This document shows, in pieces, positions 27,171 to 29,040 of a stretch of 29,040 nucleotides of DNA. Origin of the DNA: an uncultured Eubacteriales bacterium (lineage in GTDB: Bacteria; Bacillota; Clostridia; UBA1381); contig USPO01000001.1 in the NCBI GenBank assembly GCA_900556575.1, positions 1 to 29,040 of the forward strand, written 5' to 3'. The stretch's first letter is position 1. Every line of letters begins with the position of its first letter. The notes beneath the pieces are model-generated. The model had not been told where the DNA came from and did not search any database. It saw nothing but the letters and a program-made list of their open reading frames with translations. A program made the translations under genes and the position numbers.

Positions 27171-27234
27171 AATACTAACCTTTCCTTTCATCCTCATTCA
27201 TTTCTATACCTATGATAAATATTTCTCTATAAAA

Positions 27235-28338
27235 TTAATCCATGTAACCCTTTGCTGTCAATAACTCAGCTAACAATACAGCACCGCCTGCTGCACCTCT
27301 TAATGTATTGTGGCTCATTGAAACCATCTTGTAGTCATACTGTGTTGACTCTCTTAAACGTCCGCATGAGATAGCCATTCCGCCGTCAATCTCTCTTGCA
27401 GTCTTAATCTGCGGCTGATCCGGATTTTCACTCTCTGTATATACATATATGAACTGCTTCGGCGCATGCGGAAGCTCAAGCTCCTGCGGAACACCCTTAT
27501 AATCTCTCCACATCTGCTCGATTTCCTCTACCGACGGCTTATTCTCGCTGTCCTTGAATGAGAAGAATATTGCTGCTGTATGTCCGTTCGATACCGGAAC
27601 TCTGTAAGTCTGGCATTCAATCTGAAGTGCTGTTGACGGAACAATTTCTCCGTTTTCAATCTTACCCAAAATCTTATTCGGCTCTACTTCTGACTTGTTC
27701 TCTTCACCGCCGATATACGGGATAAGATTGTCTACCATCTCCGGCCATGTTTCAAATGTCTTTCCAGCACCTGAAATTGCCTGATATGTTGTTACCAATG
27801 CGTGGTCGATTGGGTACTTCTGATTAATTACTGCCATTGCCGGAAGATATGACTGCAATGAACAGTTTGACTTAACTGCGATAAAGCCTCTCTTTGTACC
27901 GAGTCTTTCACGCTGTGACGGAATTATTTCAAGATGCTGCGGATTAATTTCCGGAATAATCATAGGAACATCCGGTGTATGACGATGTGCAGAGTTGTTT
28001 GACACAACCGGGCATTCAGCCTTTGCGTATCTTTCCTCCAAAGCCTTGATTTCATCCTTCTTCATGTCAACTGCGCAGAATACGAAATCAACCTTCTTTG
28101 CTATTTCTTCAACGTCATCTGTTGCATTCATTACAACCATATCCTTAACATTTTCAGGAATATCTATATCCATGCACCACTTCTTGCCTACGGCATCCTT
28201 GTATGCCTTGCCCGCACTTCTCGGTGATGCTGCTAATACCTCAATTGTATACCATGGATGATCTGCCAGAAGAGTAATAAATCTCTGACCTACCATACCT
28301 GTTGCACCTATAATTCCTACCTTGTAATTGTCTTTCAT
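27235..28338 (-). CDS. asd: Aspartate-semialdehyde dehydrogenase
   Basis: GATGMVGQRF, SNCS catalytic Cys, TYQAISGAG, NLIPYIGGEE, HNTLRGAAGG. Confidence 0.97.
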   Translation of the reverse strand: MKDNYKVGIIGATGMVGQRFITLLADHPWYTIEVLAASPRSAGKAYKDAVGKKWCMDIDIPENVKDMVVMNATDDVEEIAKKVDFVFCAVDMKKDEIKALEERYAKAECPVVSNNSAHRHTPDVPMIIPEINPQHLEIIPSQRERLGTKRGFIAVKSNCSLQSYLPAMAVINQKYPIDHALVTTYQAISGAGKTFETWPEMVDNLIPYIGGEENKSEVEPNKILGKIENGEIVPSTALQIECQTYRVPVSNGHTAAIFFSFKDSENKPSVEEIEQMWRDYKGVPQELELPHAPKQFIYVYTESENPDQPQIKTAREIDGGMAISCGRLRESTQYDYKMVSMSHNTLRGAAGGAVLLAELLTAKGYMD

Positions 28339-28377
28339 TTCCCTGCTCCTTAATTCCTTAATTTGGATTTTATACTA

Positions 28378-28408
28378 CAAAAGGCAATAGCCTTATGAGC
28401 TATTGCCT
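28378..28408 (-). terminator. Expression-platform terminator of the lysine riboswitch
   Basis: AGGCAATAGC..GCTATTGCCT stem followed by TTTGT on -, upstream of the asd RBS. Confidence 0.75.
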
Positions 28409-28444
28409 GAATTAACGTTCCATGCTCTGCATGATTAATCAGCC

Positions 28445-28615
28445 ACGATAGCTCCCCATCAAAAAAATGATGACAGTCATATTGCTGTTAACAATATGCC
28501 CAGCCGCACCCATACGCATAGGATGAAGCTTCGGCAATGCACCCTTTCAGTACTTCCTCTAACAATCTGCGAATCTCAGAAATACTTACTATTGTAACAA
28601 TGCACCTCTATCTCT
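28445..28615 (-). ncRNA. Lysine riboswitch (L-box)
   Basis: GAUAGAGGUGC..AGUA..GAAAGGG..UGCCGAAG..UGGG..GACUGUCAUC..GAUGGGGAGCUAUC; about 170 nt; upstream of asd-dapA-dapB. Confidence 0.92.
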
Positions 28616-28634
28616 CTTTTGCTTATACAATAAT

Positions 28635-28663
28635 ATATTATCACTAATTGCACTTTGTGTCAA
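28635..28663 (-). promoter_or_regulatory. SigA promoter for the lysine operon
   Basis: TTGACA, 17-nt spacer, TAATAT. Confidence 0.7.
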
Positions 28664-28711
28664 GTACTTATTGAAATTTTTTTTATTAATGTCTTATAAA
28701 CTAAAAAACAG

Positions 28712-28740
28712 TTGCAATTTATGTGTAAATATGATAAAAT
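28712..28740 (+). promoter_or_regulatory. SigA promoter for the second Rpn gene
   Basis: TTGCAA, 17-nt spacer, TAAAAT with TG extension. Confidence 0.65.
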
Positions 28741-28770
28741 TAAAGAAAAAAGACAACGGAGGCTGATAAT

Positions 28771-29040
28771 ATGCAAAACGGATATATAGTAAAGCCAAAG
28801 CTTGATGTAATGTTTAAAAAACTGTTCGCATCAGAGGAAAATAAACAGCTACTGATAAGTCTAATAGCAAGCCTTTTAAGCATAAACATTGAGTCAATCA
28901 AAAGCATAGAGGTATTAAACGGTGAGATATTGCCGGATGAAAGCGGCGAAAAATTCGGAAGACTCGACCTGCTTTTGATAATGAACGATGAAACAAAAAT
29001 CAATATTGAACTTCAAATCAAGATACAGGATGATTATGCG
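28771..29040 (+). CDS. Rpn-family recombination-promoting nuclease/putative transposase (PD-(D/E)XK), partial
   Basis: Not in the ORF track (runs off the right edge). RBS GGAGG; MQNGYIVKPKLDVMFKKLFASEENKQLLISLIASLL..KFGRLDLL..INIELQ. Confidence 0.9.
   Translation, partial: MQNGYIVKPKLDVMFKKLFASEENKQLLISLIASLLSINIESIKSIEVLNGEILPDESGEKFGRLDLLLIMNDETKINIELQIKIQDDYA

Noticed and set aside
28740..29003. 87-aa minus-strand ORF
   Set aside because: Antisense shadow of the Rpn gene starting at 28771 on +.

Overview
AT-rich chromosomal segment from a Clostridia-class Firmicute. The S-layer protein and pectin-esterase content fit a gut Oscillospirales/Monoglobales-like organism (inference). Gene order: partial large DUF11/isopeptide-type surface adhesin (-); an ~0.8 kb islet (VbhA-like antitoxin, truncated fic, three REP-like repeats) bracketed by two copies of a MATE gene's 3' end; MATE exporter with a structured leader; a minus-strand run of DUF815 ATPase, S-layer-domain paralogue, 3D-domain protein and PflX-like radical SAM; a 1195-aa secreted CE12-type SGNH esterase; divergent coaBC and coaX-blaI; a reduced trpD-C-F-A operon (no trpE/G/B); an Rpn/PD-(D/E)XK protein; the SLH S-layer protein; lysine-riboswitch-controlled asd-dapA-dapB; and the start of a second Rpn gene. 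The strongest signals are: nine perfectly spaced (G/U)AG triplets (TRAP site) plus an SD-sequestering switch ahead of trpD; the duplicated MATE 3' end marking an integration relic; an SLH-less paralogue of the S-layer C-terminal domain; and a probable intragenic antitoxin start inside the Rpn gene. All calls come from reading the sequence by eye; no searches or folding programs were run.
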